Below are positions 40,628 to 49,792 of a DNA stretch of 64,000 nt, piece by piece; position 1 is the stretch's first letter; each line of letters starts with the position of its first letter. Under the pieces are notes generated by a model, which saw nothing but the letters and a program-made list of their open reading frames with translations, was not told the origin of the DNA and searched no databases. The position numbers and the translations under genes are program-made. This DNA is from a virus (Duplodnaviria; Heunggongvirae; Uroviricota; Caudoviricetes), in the IMG/VR virus record IMGVR_UViG_3300045049_000270; one strand, given 5' to 3'.

Positions 40628-42427
40628 ATGGCAAACATTAAGAATTTTGGTTTGATTGGCGTAGGTTCCCAGGTACAATTTGGTAAATCTGGTCCACAAC
40701 TGATCAACAATTCAGGTGTATTCGCATTCCGTAATGCTGCCGCAAATGCAGACGCAGACATTACAGCGGGTAACTTGACACTGTCAGGTAACTTGCAAGT
40801 TAACGGTACAACAACAACTGTTAACTCAACAAGCATTACGACAGCTGACAAGACATTTATTTTGTCAAATGGTGCTTCAACAGATACAGCAGCTAACGGT
40901 TCAGGTTTTGAAGTTCAGGGTGCAACATTGCACTCTTTCTTATATGACCAACCAAATGGTGCATTCACAAGCTCAGACAATCTGAACGTTGTTACCGGCA
41001 AGCAATATGAAATCGCTGGTACTGCTGTTCTGAGCGCAACAACACTGGGTTCAGGCGTTGTTAATTCATCATTGACTAGCGTTGGTACACTGACATCTCT
41101 GCACGTTTCAGGTACATCAGCACTGGACGGCGCTGTTACCGCAGGCTCAACATTGGCAGTAACAGGTAATACAACTGTTGGTGGCACATTCGGCGTTACA
41201 GGTGCAACAACATTGGCTGGCTTGACAGCTGGCGCAACAACATTGGGCGCTACTGGTGTAACAGGTGGTTTGACAGTTGACACGATTACTGCATCAGGTG
41301 CGGTTTCAACAGGTGCTTTGACCGCAACTTCTGTTAAGGCAACAAACCTGGCTGGTACCGGTGTTCGTTCAATCACAGTTGATGCTAATGGTAACATCGT
41401 TGCTGGTGGCACAGCTACTGTTGTAAATGCAACAACAGCAAATTTGGGTGATTTGACAATCAGTGGTGACACAATCTCCACAAACACAACAAATGCTAAC
41501 TTGGTTTTGTCACCAAATGGTACTGGTATTGTTACTACTCCAGCATTGACAGCAACAAACGCTGTTACAGCTGGTTCATTCAGCACAACAGGCACATTGG
41601 CTGCTGGTAACACAACAATCACAGGTACATTGAGCACATCAGGCACAGCAACACTGAATGCTGCGACAATTACAAACAACGCAACCGTTGGTGGTACATT
41701 TGGTGTTACTGGTGCAACAACATTGCATGGTTTGACAGCTGGTGCTACTACAATCAGTGGTGGTTTGAGTGTTGATACTGTTACAGCAACAGGTAACGGC
41801 TCATTCGGTGGCACACTGACAGTTACAGGTGCGGCAACAACTGGCGCATTGACTGCATCAGCAGCAACAGTTTCAAACTTGACATCAGGCCAGGTTGTAT
41901 TTGCTGGCACCGCAGGTTTGTTGACGGACAGCTCAGCTCTGACATTTAACTCAGGTACAGGTGTTCTGACTGCTACTGGTTTTGCAACATCAGGTTTGAC
42001 AATTAGTGCAACAAGCATTACAGGTTTGGCAACACCAGTTAACGCGGCTGATGCTGTTAACAAGTCATATGTCGATTCACAAGTTACATCTGGTGTTACA
42101 AATGCTGGGCGCGCTGCATATGTTTCATATGCATACACAGATACAACAAAGAACATTGCTACATCGATTACTGGCTTTGTTCATCGTGTAAAAGTTTATG
42201 TAAACACAACATTCACAGATGCAACATCAACAATTCAAGTTGGTACACGCGTAAGTGGTACATTGACAGCTAACTCACTAGTTGCTTCAACAGACAGCGA
42301 TACTCAAACAGCAGCATGTTATGAAATCGAATTGTCTCAACCAGTTTCAGCAGCTGACTTGGTTATCACGGTTACAGCTGGTACATCAACAGCCGGTGCT
42401 GGCTACGTTGTAGTTGAGTGGATCTAA
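40628..42427 (+). CDS. abundant virion fibre/decoration protein
   Basis: MANIKNFGLIGVGSQVQFGK start, GNLQVNGTTTTVNS, VGGTFGVTGATTL repeats, PVNAADAVNKSYVD; strongly biased codon use; TATAAATA at 40548. Confidence 0.8.
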   Translation: MANIKNFGLIGVGSQVQFGKSGPQLINNSGVFAFRNAAANADADITAGNLTLSGNLQVNGTTTTVNSTSITTADKTFILSNGASTDTAANGSGFEVQGATLHSFLYDQPNGAFTSSDNLNVVTGKQYEIAGTAVLSATTLGSGVVNSSLTSVGTLTSLHVSGTSALDGAVTAGSTLAVTGNTTVGGTFGVTGATTLAGLTAGATTLGATGVTGGLTVDTITASGAVSTGALTATSVKATNLAGTGVRSITVDANGNIVAGGTATVVNATTANLGDLTISGDTISTNTTNANLVLSPNGTGIVTTPALTATNAVTAGSFSTTGTLAAGNTTITGTLSTSGTATLNAATITNNATVGGTFGVTGATTLHGLTAGATTISGGLSVDTVTATGNGSFGGTLTVTGAATTGALTASAATVSNLTSGQVVFAGTAGLLTDSSALTFNSGTGVLTATGFATSGLTISATSITGLATPVNAADAVNKSYVDSQVTSGVTNAGRAAYVSYAYTDTTKNIATSITGFVHRVKVYVNTTFTDATSTIQVGTRVSGTLTANSLVASTDSDTQTAACYEIELSQPVSAADLVITVTAGTSTAGAGYVVVEWI

Positions 42428-42441
42428 TTGATCTTTGGTAA

Positions 42442-42476
42442 ATGAAAAGGGCGGGGAAGTACCCCGCCCTTTTCAT
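42442..42476. terminator. intrinsic terminator
   Basis: ATGAAAAGGGCGGGG-AAGTA-CCCCGCCCTTTTCAT. Confidence 0.85.
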
Positions 42477-42562
42477 ACGGTAGTTCGTGAATTGTAAATT
42501 TCGCGAACTACTCATAAATACCGTATCTGCTCTTTAACAGGAGTGGTTTAGGAGAAAAACAC

Positions 42563-43759
42563 ATGGCAAGTATTAAAAATTTCAATCTTGTTGGTGTTGG
42601 CTCACAGGTTCAATTTGGTAAAGGCGGCCCACAGATCACCCAGAACGGGGGTGTCTTTGGTTTCTATGATCCAACAAATACAACTCTGGTGCCTGTACAG
42701 GTAGCCACACCAACAGCGGCTAGTCACGCCGTAACAAAGTCATATGTTGACACTCAAGTTGGCAACATTTCGACTGCTCACATTCGTGACAATTCAACTT
42801 CACCCAAAGCACAAGTTGCAACAGATGAAGTATCTGGTGATGTGACTATTGATGTGTCAACCGGTACGGCTGGGGCGCGTATTGCCACATTTTCGGGCAG
42901 TGCTGCTAGTAATTCTAGTCTAAACATCGACAATGCTACTGCTGGACAGATCAATATTAACGCTTACAGTTCTACGGCAACTGATGTAAGTGTTTTTATT
43001 AATCCGCAAGGCAATGGGCGAGTTTACATTGGTAATAATCTATCAGATTCTGCTCTACAGGCTGATGATGGACAATCACTGACCTTGGCGGGTGGCGATA
43101 GCACAACAGCGAATGGTGGTAATCTGTATTTGCGTGGTGGTAACACTACACATTCAGGTAGTACTAACGGTAATGTTATTTTAGAAGATAGTACAGGGGC
43201 AACCTCACTTACTATTGCTGGTGTTACTGGTTCTAATAGCAGTTTAACAGCATCGAATGGTGTAGCTCAGGCAACAATTTCCGTAGCTACCTCTGTGACG
43301 AATGCTGATTTGGTTCTGGCTCCTGCAGGCACCGGCGCAGTAAATGTTTCCAATGCCGCAATTCATAATGTTGCTAATCCAACAAATGCACAGGATGCAG
43401 CAACTAAGAACTATGTTGACACCCAGATTACTGCCAACAAGTCTGGTTCTATGCAATGTTTGGTTGCAACAACCACAACGACTACAACGAACCTTGGTTC
43501 ACCAATTACTGGTCGTATTCGTTATGTGACTGTTGAGATTCTGACACCATATACTGCAGGTGCTACTATCACACTTGGTACAAGCACAAATGCTACACAA
43601 ATCAGTGATGCATCACAGCAAGATGAAACAACAGCAGGTTTGTATTCATTCCAAGTTGATGTGGATTACACTACAGCTACTCAAATCGTTGCGACAATAA
43701 ATGGTTCACCAGCAACAGGACAAGCTCGAGTTATGATTGATTATATCCAGAACGGCTAA
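42563..43759 (+). CDS. virion fibre/decoration protein, paralogue of 40628
   Basis: MASIKNFNLVGVGSQVQFGK start; HAVTKSYVD and DAATKNYVD motifs. Confidence 0.8.
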   Translation: MASIKNFNLVGVGSQVQFGKGGPQITQNGGVFGFYDPTNTTLVPVQVATPTAASHAVTKSYVDTQVGNISTAHIRDNSTSPKAQVATDEVSGDVTIDVSTGTAGARIATFSGSAASNSSLNIDNATAGQININAYSSTATDVSVFINPQGNGRVYIGNNLSDSALQADDGQSLTLAGGDSTTANGGNLYLRGGNTTHSGSTNGNVILEDSTGATSLTIAGVTGSNSSLTASNGVAQATISVATSVTNADLVLAPAGTGAVNVSNAAIHNVANPTNAQDAATKNYVDTQITANKSGSMQCLVATTTTTTTNLGSPITGRIRYVTVEILTPYTAGATITLGTSTNATQISDASQQDETTAGLYSFQVDVDYTTATQIVATINGSPATGQARVMIDYIQNG

Positions 43760-43776
43760 TACGCCATCTGGTTCTC

Positions 43777-43807
43777 AGAATGGCATCCTTCGGGATGCCA
43801 TTCTTTT
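43777..43807 (+). terminator. intrinsic terminator with cUUCGg tetraloop
   Basis: AGAATGGCATCC-TTCG-GGATGCCATTCT-TTT. Confidence 0.88.
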
Positions 43808-43871
43808 GAATTTTGCTATTTAAAAGTTCACTAAATATAATAATTAAAACGAGCTTTAATGGCAGCGGCTA

Positions 43872-44384
43872 ATGGCAACGGTAGCAAAATTAAAAGGAAC
43901 ATCGGCAGGAAGCTTCACTATTGGTTTGAAGGGAGCTACTCTTTATCAAGGCACCAGCACGAGCCTTGTAGTGAGTCCTCAAACTGGTGACTTATTCATT
44001 CAAACCGGGAGTTCACCAAAAGTTTTGCAATATAGCGGCTCAGTATGGCTACAATTAACTCCAGTAGATCAATGGGCTGAAGTAACCACTACAGCAACGT
44101 TATCATCAAACACCAATTATTTTGCTAATACTTCAAGTGCTGCATTTACGGTAACTTTACCGAGTTCTCCAAACATGGGTGATAGAATCACCATAATTGA
44201 CGGTGCTGGAACATTCGCCGTAAACAATCTCACAGTACATCCAGGCAGTGGCACCATCATGGGTCAAACTGGTAAAAATCTTATATTGAACACTAACAAT
44301 GTAGCGGTAGACTTGGTTTATTATAATTCAACTTATGGCTGGCGTATCATTGAAACTAGCTCGTTCAATTACACATACGCATAA
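43872..44384 (+). CDS. virion structural protein
   Basis: YFANTSSAAFTVTLPSSPNMGDRITIID...FAVNNLTV repeat typical of T4-like tail proteins. Confidence 0.7.
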   Translation: MATVAKLKGTSAGSFTIGLKGATLYQGTSTSLVVSPQTGDLFIQTGSSPKVLQYSGSVWLQLTPVDQWAEVTTTATLSSNTNYFANTSSAAFTVTLPSSPNMGDRITIIDGAGTFAVNNLTVHPGSGTIMGQTGKNLILNTNNVAVDLVYYNSTYGWRIIETSSFNYTYA

Positions 44385-44416
44385 TAAATACCAAGTAAAT
44401 TTCTCTTTCTTGGTAT

Positions 44417-45007
44417 ATGGCACATCATCATTATCATAAGGAACCGCTTTGGAAGGAACTCTGGCGTCCACTAGCGGCTTTTGTTTATCTAGCAATCTGT
44501 ATTCTAGATTTCGGTATCATGCCGATCATCTATGAAATGATTAACCAAAGTATCTCAAATCAATCATTGGTTGATTTGGCTCTGAAATTTACTGATTCAG
44601 CCGCCCAGATTGAAGCTTTGCATACACTACGACAAGCACGAGTATGGGTACCGTTAACCCTTCAGGGTAATGGTATGTTTCATATCGCATTTGGTGCCAT
44701 CCTAGGTGTTTCAGCTTGGACTCGTGGCCAAGAAAAAGCAATGATGAGCTTTGGTGGATATAACAGTTTTGGGGGAAACTTTGGGGCTGGTAACTTCGGG
44801 AGTTTCAATAATTTCCCTACCCAACAATATAACTCGGCTTCAAATTTTGGTGGCCTCAATAACGGTAATCAATACAATGGACAGCAACATCAATTCACAC
44901 CAATGAGTGGTGTGCAAAATGTTCAACAACCAGCACCAGTGAAAACAAATGCGGTTAGTGTTAGTCCGAAATTTGATATCGTGAACCCGGACGACGCAAA
45001 TGAATAA
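44417..45007 (+). CDS. putative holin (3TM/GTA-holin-like)
   Basis: WRPLAAFVYLAICILDF, WVPLTLQGNGMFHIAFGAILGVSAWTRGQEK; low-complexity G/N/F tail; late promoter at 44384. Confidence 0.6.
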   Translation: MAHHHYHKEPLWKELWRPLAAFVYLAICILDFGIMPIIYEMINQSISNQSLVDLALKFTDSAAQIEALHTLRQARVWVPLTLQGNGMFHIAFGAILGVSAWTRGQEKAMMSFGGYNSFGGNFGAGNFGSFNNFPTQQYNSASNFGGLNNGNQYNGQQHQFTPMSGVQNVQQPAPVKTNAVSVSPKFDIVNPDDANE

Positions 45008-45635
45008 TATAGATATTCCTCGCTATGTAAAGTTGGTTAGTCCTGATCATATCTCTATGGGCGATGCGCGTCTGTGGTTCAAGACTGTTCAGGAAACTGC
45101 TCCACAAGGTACAATGACAAGTATTGATATGGTTGGGCTTGGTGGCAAACCTGTATCATATCGTATGGTTCGCCGTAAAGAAGGCAATGATACTTCTTTG
45201 ATTATCCCATTATCACGTGATCTTCTCCCTGACGAAGTGGAAAATATATCGCGTAAATGGACTGAAGTGTGTCCGTCAGGCAAATATTCAATTCGATCAA
45301 ACAGCAGTCAAGCAGATCGACTTGAGAATAACATCAAAGACATCACTATGCCTCAAGATGAATACATGAGTTTATGCGCAGAATTAGCAAAGCGTCAACA
45401 TGAAAGTTGGGTGCGCGACAAGGTTGATATGGGATGGCGTTATGGACCAACAATCAGTGTCGTAAACAAAACACATCCCATGCTTCGTCCCTGGTCAGAG
45501 CTCCCCGACCAGTACAAAAATGTGGATACTAGTAGTCCTGAAAACTTCTTAAACTTCCTCAATAATCAAGGATATGCTGTTGTTCGTAAAGAAGAATTAG
45601 GCAGCCTGATACAACTCCTACGCAACATCCGTTAA
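45000..45635 (+). CDS. RyR-domain protein
   Basis: LAKRQHESWVRDKVDMGWRYG...KTHPMLRPWSELPDQYK. Confidence 0.85.
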   Translation: MNNIDIPRYVKLVSPDHISMGDARLWFKTVQETAPQGTMTSIDMVGLGGKPVSYRMVRRKEGNDTSLIIPLSRDLLPDEVENISRKWTEVCPSGKYSIRSNSSQADRLENNIKDITMPQDEYMSLCAELAKRQHESWVRDKVDMGWRYGPTISVVNKTHPMLRPWSELPDQYKNVDTSSPENFLNFLNNQGYAVVRKEELGSLIQLLRNIR

Positions 45636-45647
45636 CACCAGTGGCGC

Positions 45648-45675
45648 TTGACTAGGCGCCATTTTCGTGTATCAT
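45648..45675 (+). promoter_or_regulatory. sigma70-like promoter TTGACT-16-TATCAT within a hairpin
   Basis: Upstream of the ligase; the -35 lies inside TGGCGC-TTGACTAG-GCGCCA. Confidence 0.55.
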
Positions 45676-45706
45676 ATGAACTAAGTAGACTTCATATGAG
45701 GAGCGA

Positions 45707-47077
45707 ATGTCAAAAAATACCGTCACCGTGTTGCGCAAGCTTGCAGCAACGACTTCCCGAACTGACAAAGAGCAGATCATTCTTGATGCTTGGATGACTG
45801 GTGAGCGGGATTTCTTCGTGGGTTGTCAATTAGCATATGATATCCTGATCAGCTTCGGCGTAGCTAAGGTTCCAGAACTCGAGGTAGATGATGGGCAACC
45901 CGGCCCATTTGATTTCAAGGCATTCCGTGACCTCGCAAATAAGCTTCATAAGCGTCAGCTCACAGGCAATGCTGCGCGAGAAGCAATGAATCAAGCAGCG
46001 CTCAACAGCGATTTTGCGGAATGGAATGAATTCTTCCGTAGGATTCTGCTTAAAGATCTGCGTGCTGGTATCAGCGAATCAACAGTCAATAAAATCCTGG
46101 AAAAAGTTTCAAAGAGTGACCCTGATGCACTCAACTATATCGTGCCGGTGTTCAGCTGTCAGCTGGCCAAAGACGGAGCGGACGAGCAACATGCCAAGAA
46201 GCTCAAAGGCAAGAAGATGCTCGATCCGAAATTAGATGGTGTTCGATTGTTAACCATCATCGATAAGGAAGAACGGAGTGTAGTCCAGTACACACGCAAC
46301 GGCAAGATCAATAAGAACTTCCCGCATATTACCAAAGCACTTGAAACCATTATCGATCAAGTGCCAGTCAGTATTGTTCTGGATGGCGAAGTTGTTGCCA
46401 AGTCATTCCAAGATCTGATGAAGATGGTCAACCGCAAAGAAGATCTTGATTCATCTACTGCGAAACTTGCGCTATTTGATATCATCCCTCTTGCCGATTT
46501 CAAGAAAGGTAAGTGTGCTATGACACAGAAAGACCGCCATAAGGTCTTGAGTGGTATGATGGGCCTGCTGCAACAACATACGAATGGATTCGTCTATGTG
46601 ATTCCCAAGATCACAGTTGATCTTGATACACCAGATGGCCAAAAAGCCTATGCGGAATTCAATGCTGAGACTGTGAAGGCTGGTTATGAGGGCATCATGG
46701 TTAAGGATCCCGAAGCGCCATACGAAACCAAACGTACTTCTGCATGGTTGAAGGTCAAGCCTTTTATCGAAATCTCGATGACAATCATCGGGTTTGAGGA
46801 AGGTACTGGTAAGAACGTCGGCAAACTTGGTGCTGCTATTTGCGAGATCCTTCCCTGCGAAGAAACAGGCGGACGTCACGTAATCAGCAATGTTGGATCT
46901 GGTTGGTCAGATGAAGATCGTAATGAGATTTGGATCAATCGTTCGAAATATAAGGGATTCATTCTTGAAGTGAAGGCTGATTGTTTCACGAAGGAACAGA
47001 ACAGCGACGATCTATGGTCGTTGCGTTTTCCACGCGCTAAGGGGTTCCGAGGTACTGAACCTGGTGAAAAGCTGTAA
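45707..47077 (+). CDS. lig: ATP-dependent DNA ligase
   Basis: PKLDGVR, VLDGEV, LFDII, GYEGIMVKD, KRTSAWLKVKP, SLRFP. Confidence 0.95.
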   Translation: MSKNTVTVLRKLAATTSRTDKEQIILDAWMTGERDFFVGCQLAYDILISFGVAKVPELEVDDGQPGPFDFKAFRDLANKLHKRQLTGNAAREAMNQAALNSDFAEWNEFFRRILLKDLRAGISESTVNKILEKVSKSDPDALNYIVPVFSCQLAKDGADEQHAKKLKGKKMLDPKLDGVRLLTIIDKEERSVVQYTRNGKINKNFPHITKALETIIDQVPVSIVLDGEVVAKSFQDLMKMVNRKEDLDSSTAKLALFDIIPLADFKKGKCAMTQKDRHKVLSGMMGLLQQHTNGFVYVIPKITVDLDTPDGQKAYAEFNAETVKAGYEGIMVKDPEAPYETKRTSAWLKVKPFIEISMTIIGFEEGTGKNVGKLGAAICEILPCEETGGRHVISNVGSGWSDEDRNEIWINRSKYKGFILEVKADCFTKEQNSDDLWSLRFPRAKGFRGTEPGEKL

Positions 47078-47148
47078 ACTTCACGATTTGGTTGCATAAT
47101 ACTGCCGTAAAACGGCAGTATTATGCCATTCATAACAATAAAGGTGAT

Positions 47149-47925
47149 ATGATGGGAAGACTCGCAACCTTAAGCGAGCTAACACAGGGCTTGGGTGCTG
47201 ATTGGTATTTTACTGAATTCGAAAATGGCCAACCAGTGCTTCCCTCGGATGAATTCAAGCATGACGTTGCTATCAATAATGATACGTTCAAGCAACATCA
47301 TGGATTAAAAAACATCATCCGTAAGTTCGTAACTGAAAATGTAACTGATCTTGTGCTTGTCGATGAGGTCACTGAAGATTATTTCCACTACTGGTCTACA
47401 CGTGGACCTCGCTATGATTGGGACGGTGGCCATATTCATTGGGGGTTTCACATCTTCTATTTTCAAGAAGAAAATGAAGCAGTCTTGTTCAAACTACGCT
47501 TCAGTGAGTATATCGCTGAATTAACGCCGTATGACCCTGAGCGTCCACCGTCCCATATTCAAGAAGCTGAGTACAGAAAGAAGGAAGCTGAACAGAATCT
47601 TGCAACTGCACAAGAACGGCTTTCCAAAGCACAAGTTGCTTATAAGAAAGCGTTGGCAAATAAAAAGAATGAAGAATGGGATGAATTCATTGAAGAATGC
47701 TTCGAGCTTGAAGAGGATGACCTTAAGAAATTGGCAGACCAATTTGATTGGGAAGATTTCGATGAGGATGGCAATATCTTCTTCGTAAATCAGGATTCGG
47801 GAGCAACATTCAAGAGCCCAACCTTAAGCAATGCCATCAAATGGAAAAAGAGAGTCATGCGAGAAACCAAAGACCTCGAAGAACATTTGAAAGATCCCTT
47901 CTCACGACGTCGACGCCTATACTAA
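47149..47925 (+). CDS. hypothetical protein: FKL module, coiled coil and acidic domain
   Basis: FYFQEENEAVLFKLRF; ATG 47149 has an AAGGTG SD (ORF track start is 47092). Confidence 0.7.
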   Translation: MMGRLATLSELTQGLGADWYFTEFENGQPVLPSDEFKHDVAINNDTFKQHHGLKNIIRKFVTENVTDLVLVDEVTEDYFHYWSTRGPRYDWDGGHIHWGFHIFYFQEENEAVLFKLRFSEYIAELTPYDPERPPSHIQEAEYRKKEAEQNLATAQERLSKAQVAYKKALANKKNEEWDEFIEECFELEEDDLKKLADQFDWEDFDEDGNIFFVNQDSGATFKSPTLSNAIKWKKRVMRETKDLEEHLKDPFSRRRRLY

Positions 47926-48049
47926 GACGTTATCTAAGCAGTTAATTTCCAAGTTTCTAAATAGATAAATCCTCGAATTGATTTCGGGGATTTATTGCAA
48001 TGCCAAGTTTCTCAAAACTATAATGTGGCATACTTAGGAATTTGGACTT

Positions 48050-49081
48050 ATGAATGACGGTAAGATCGGTTTTTGCTGTAAATGGTTAAGTGGCTCCGGC
48101 GACAAAGATGCTGAAGCACTCATGAACTACAAAACCACAACCATCGCTTGTCTGTCACGTCTCAACGATTCCAAACTAATTGATAAACTACTAGGTCTTG
48201 TCAGCCATAATCTGGTTGTAACTACGAATCTAGTAAACTGGGTTGGAGAGCAACCCAGGCATCAACGACTGCTTCGCTTAGGCTCTGATCTTCTGCCGGC
48301 ATACACGCATGAGATTGCCAATTGGGCTTATCAAGAACCAACCATTCGAAAAGTAATTGAATCCAAATTCGAAGAAATAGGTACGATTGCTCGAGAAAAG
48401 AATGTCAGACTATCATTTCATCCTGGTCAATTTTGCGTATTGAATTCAGTAAGTGAAATTACACAACAACGGGCGATTGCAGAAATCGAATACCATGTTG
48501 AAATGATGCGTTTAATGGGTTATACGGGTGGTTGGCACAAGCACGGCGCTGCCATCAATATCCATGTTGGAAGCAAGGATGGTGGAATTCAGAGACTTCT
48601 CTCTGGGTTTTACAGTCTCAGTGAGGACGCTCGCAACCTCCTGACAATCGAGAATGATGAAATTGGTTTTGGATTAACCGCGATTGAGCCATTGGCAGAT
48701 CACATTGCACTCGTATTAGATATACACCATGAATGGGTTTACAGTGGTGGGAAATACATTACTCCTGACGATAAACGTATTGAATATGTTAAGAACAGTT
48801 GGCGCGGTGTACGTCCCCTAGGACATTATTCAGTATCTTCGAATAGTCTCATGATTGGCCATCCAGAAGACCAATTACCCGACTTTCAATCATTACGAGA
48901 TCAGGGATTACCATTGCGTGATATTCGAGCCCATAGTGATGGGTGTTGGAATCAAGCAGCTAATGATTGGGCTTTATCGCATCTTCAATGGATGGATATT
49001 GAAGTTGAAGCGCGGGAAAGGAATTTGGCTTCACAACAATTAGTTAATAGAGCAATGCAAACAGGTGTTATCAAAAACTAG
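48050..49081 (+). CDS. uvsE: UV DNA damage endonuclease
   Basis: IGFCCK, RLGSDLLP, RLSFHPGQFCVLNS, INIHVG, LTIENDE, VLDIHHEW, RAHSD. Confidence 0.92.
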   Translation: MNDGKIGFCCKWLSGSGDKDAEALMNYKTTTIACLSRLNDSKLIDKLLGLVSHNLVVTTNLVNWVGEQPRHQRLLRLGSDLLPAYTHEIANWAYQEPTIRKVIESKFEEIGTIAREKNVRLSFHPGQFCVLNSVSEITQQRAIAEIEYHVEMMRLMGYTGGWHKHGAAINIHVGSKDGGIQRLLSGFYSLSEDARNLLTIENDEIGFGLTAIEPLADHIALVLDIHHEWVYSGGKYITPDDKRIEYVKNSWRGVRPLGHYSVSSNSLMIGHPEDQLPDFQSLRDQGLPLRDIRAHSDGCWNQAANDWALSHLQWMDIEVEARERNLASQQLVNRAMQTGVIKN

Positions 49082-49085
49082 AATT

Positions 49086-49114
49086 TTGACACTTCATACA
49101 CATACAAATAAACT
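49086..49114 (+). promoter_or_regulatory. sigma70-like promoter TTGACA-17-TAAACT
   Basis: Upstream of 49148. Confidence 0.6.
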
Positions 49115-49147
49115 TCTGGCATAATAACAATCACAAAGGAAGTGGTT

Positions 49148-49396
49148 ATGAATCTCACAGCAGACGACAAAATTAAAATCAAGGATCTAATCGAGAAGGG
49201 TATTCTTATCAACGAAGAAATCGCTGATCTTCGTGGTGGTTTGAATGACACGGTCAAAAAGGTAGCAGAGGAAATTGGCTGTTCACCTAAAGTACTCAAG
49301 CAAGCTATGAAGGTTGCAGTCAAAGCCAATCTCAAGGAAGTTCAAGATGATGTTGAAAATCTTGAAGAAGTCCTTCGGGTCGCAGGTCGTGCGTAA
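49148..49396 (+). CDS. small dsDNA-binding protein (T4 DsbA/GapR-like), putative
   Basis: All-helical, IKDLIEKG...EIADLRGGLNDTVKKVAEEIG.SPKVLKQAMKVA pattern; adjacent to replication genes. Confidence 0.6.
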   Translation: MNLTADDKIKIKDLIEKGILINEEIADLRGGLNDTVKKVAEEIGCSPKVLKQAMKVAVKANLKEVQDDVENLEEVLRVAGRA

Positions 49397-49459
49397 GCAA
49401 TGCCTTTAATCGCCTGTTTTCGGGCATAAATACGAGCCCCAAAATTTTGGGGCTCGTTC

Positions 49460-49789
49460 TTGGAGAAAGTTTTGTTTAAAGGCATTATTGAAAACTGGAT
49501 CAAGGACTTCAAAACAAACCCAGTCCTGTTCTGGCTTGAAATGGTTGGAATTGCGGGTGGAATGATTGCAGCAGGTACTCTTGCACTGACTGTTCCCAAT
49601 TCACCATTCTTCTTCATCTATCTGTCATATATTATTGGCAGTACTTGTCTGATTATTGCCAGTTATTTGCGCAATAATGGGTTCTGGGTTATACTCAACT
49701 TATACTTCGTATCAATTGATATTATTGGTTTGACGCATTTGCTTATCAAATACAACGTCTTTGGTGCGATTTTGGCACTCTTGAAATAA
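49460..49789 (+). CDS. small multi-pass membrane protein
   Basis: Three to four hydrophobic segments. Confidence 0.7.
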   Translation: MEKVLFKGIIENWIKDFKTNPVLFWLEMVGIAGGMIAAGTLALTVPNSPFFFIYLSYIIGSTCLIIASYLRNNGFWVILNLYFVSIDIIGLTHLLIKYNVFGAILALLK

Positions 49790-49792
49790 TCC

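Noticed and set aside
40915-42156. 413-aa minus-strand ORF, and similar V/P/A-rich antisense ORFs across the fibre genes (e.g. 21545..22216)
   Set aside because: Shadows of the biased Thr/Gly/Ala codons on the plus strand; no SD, promoter or protein-like features
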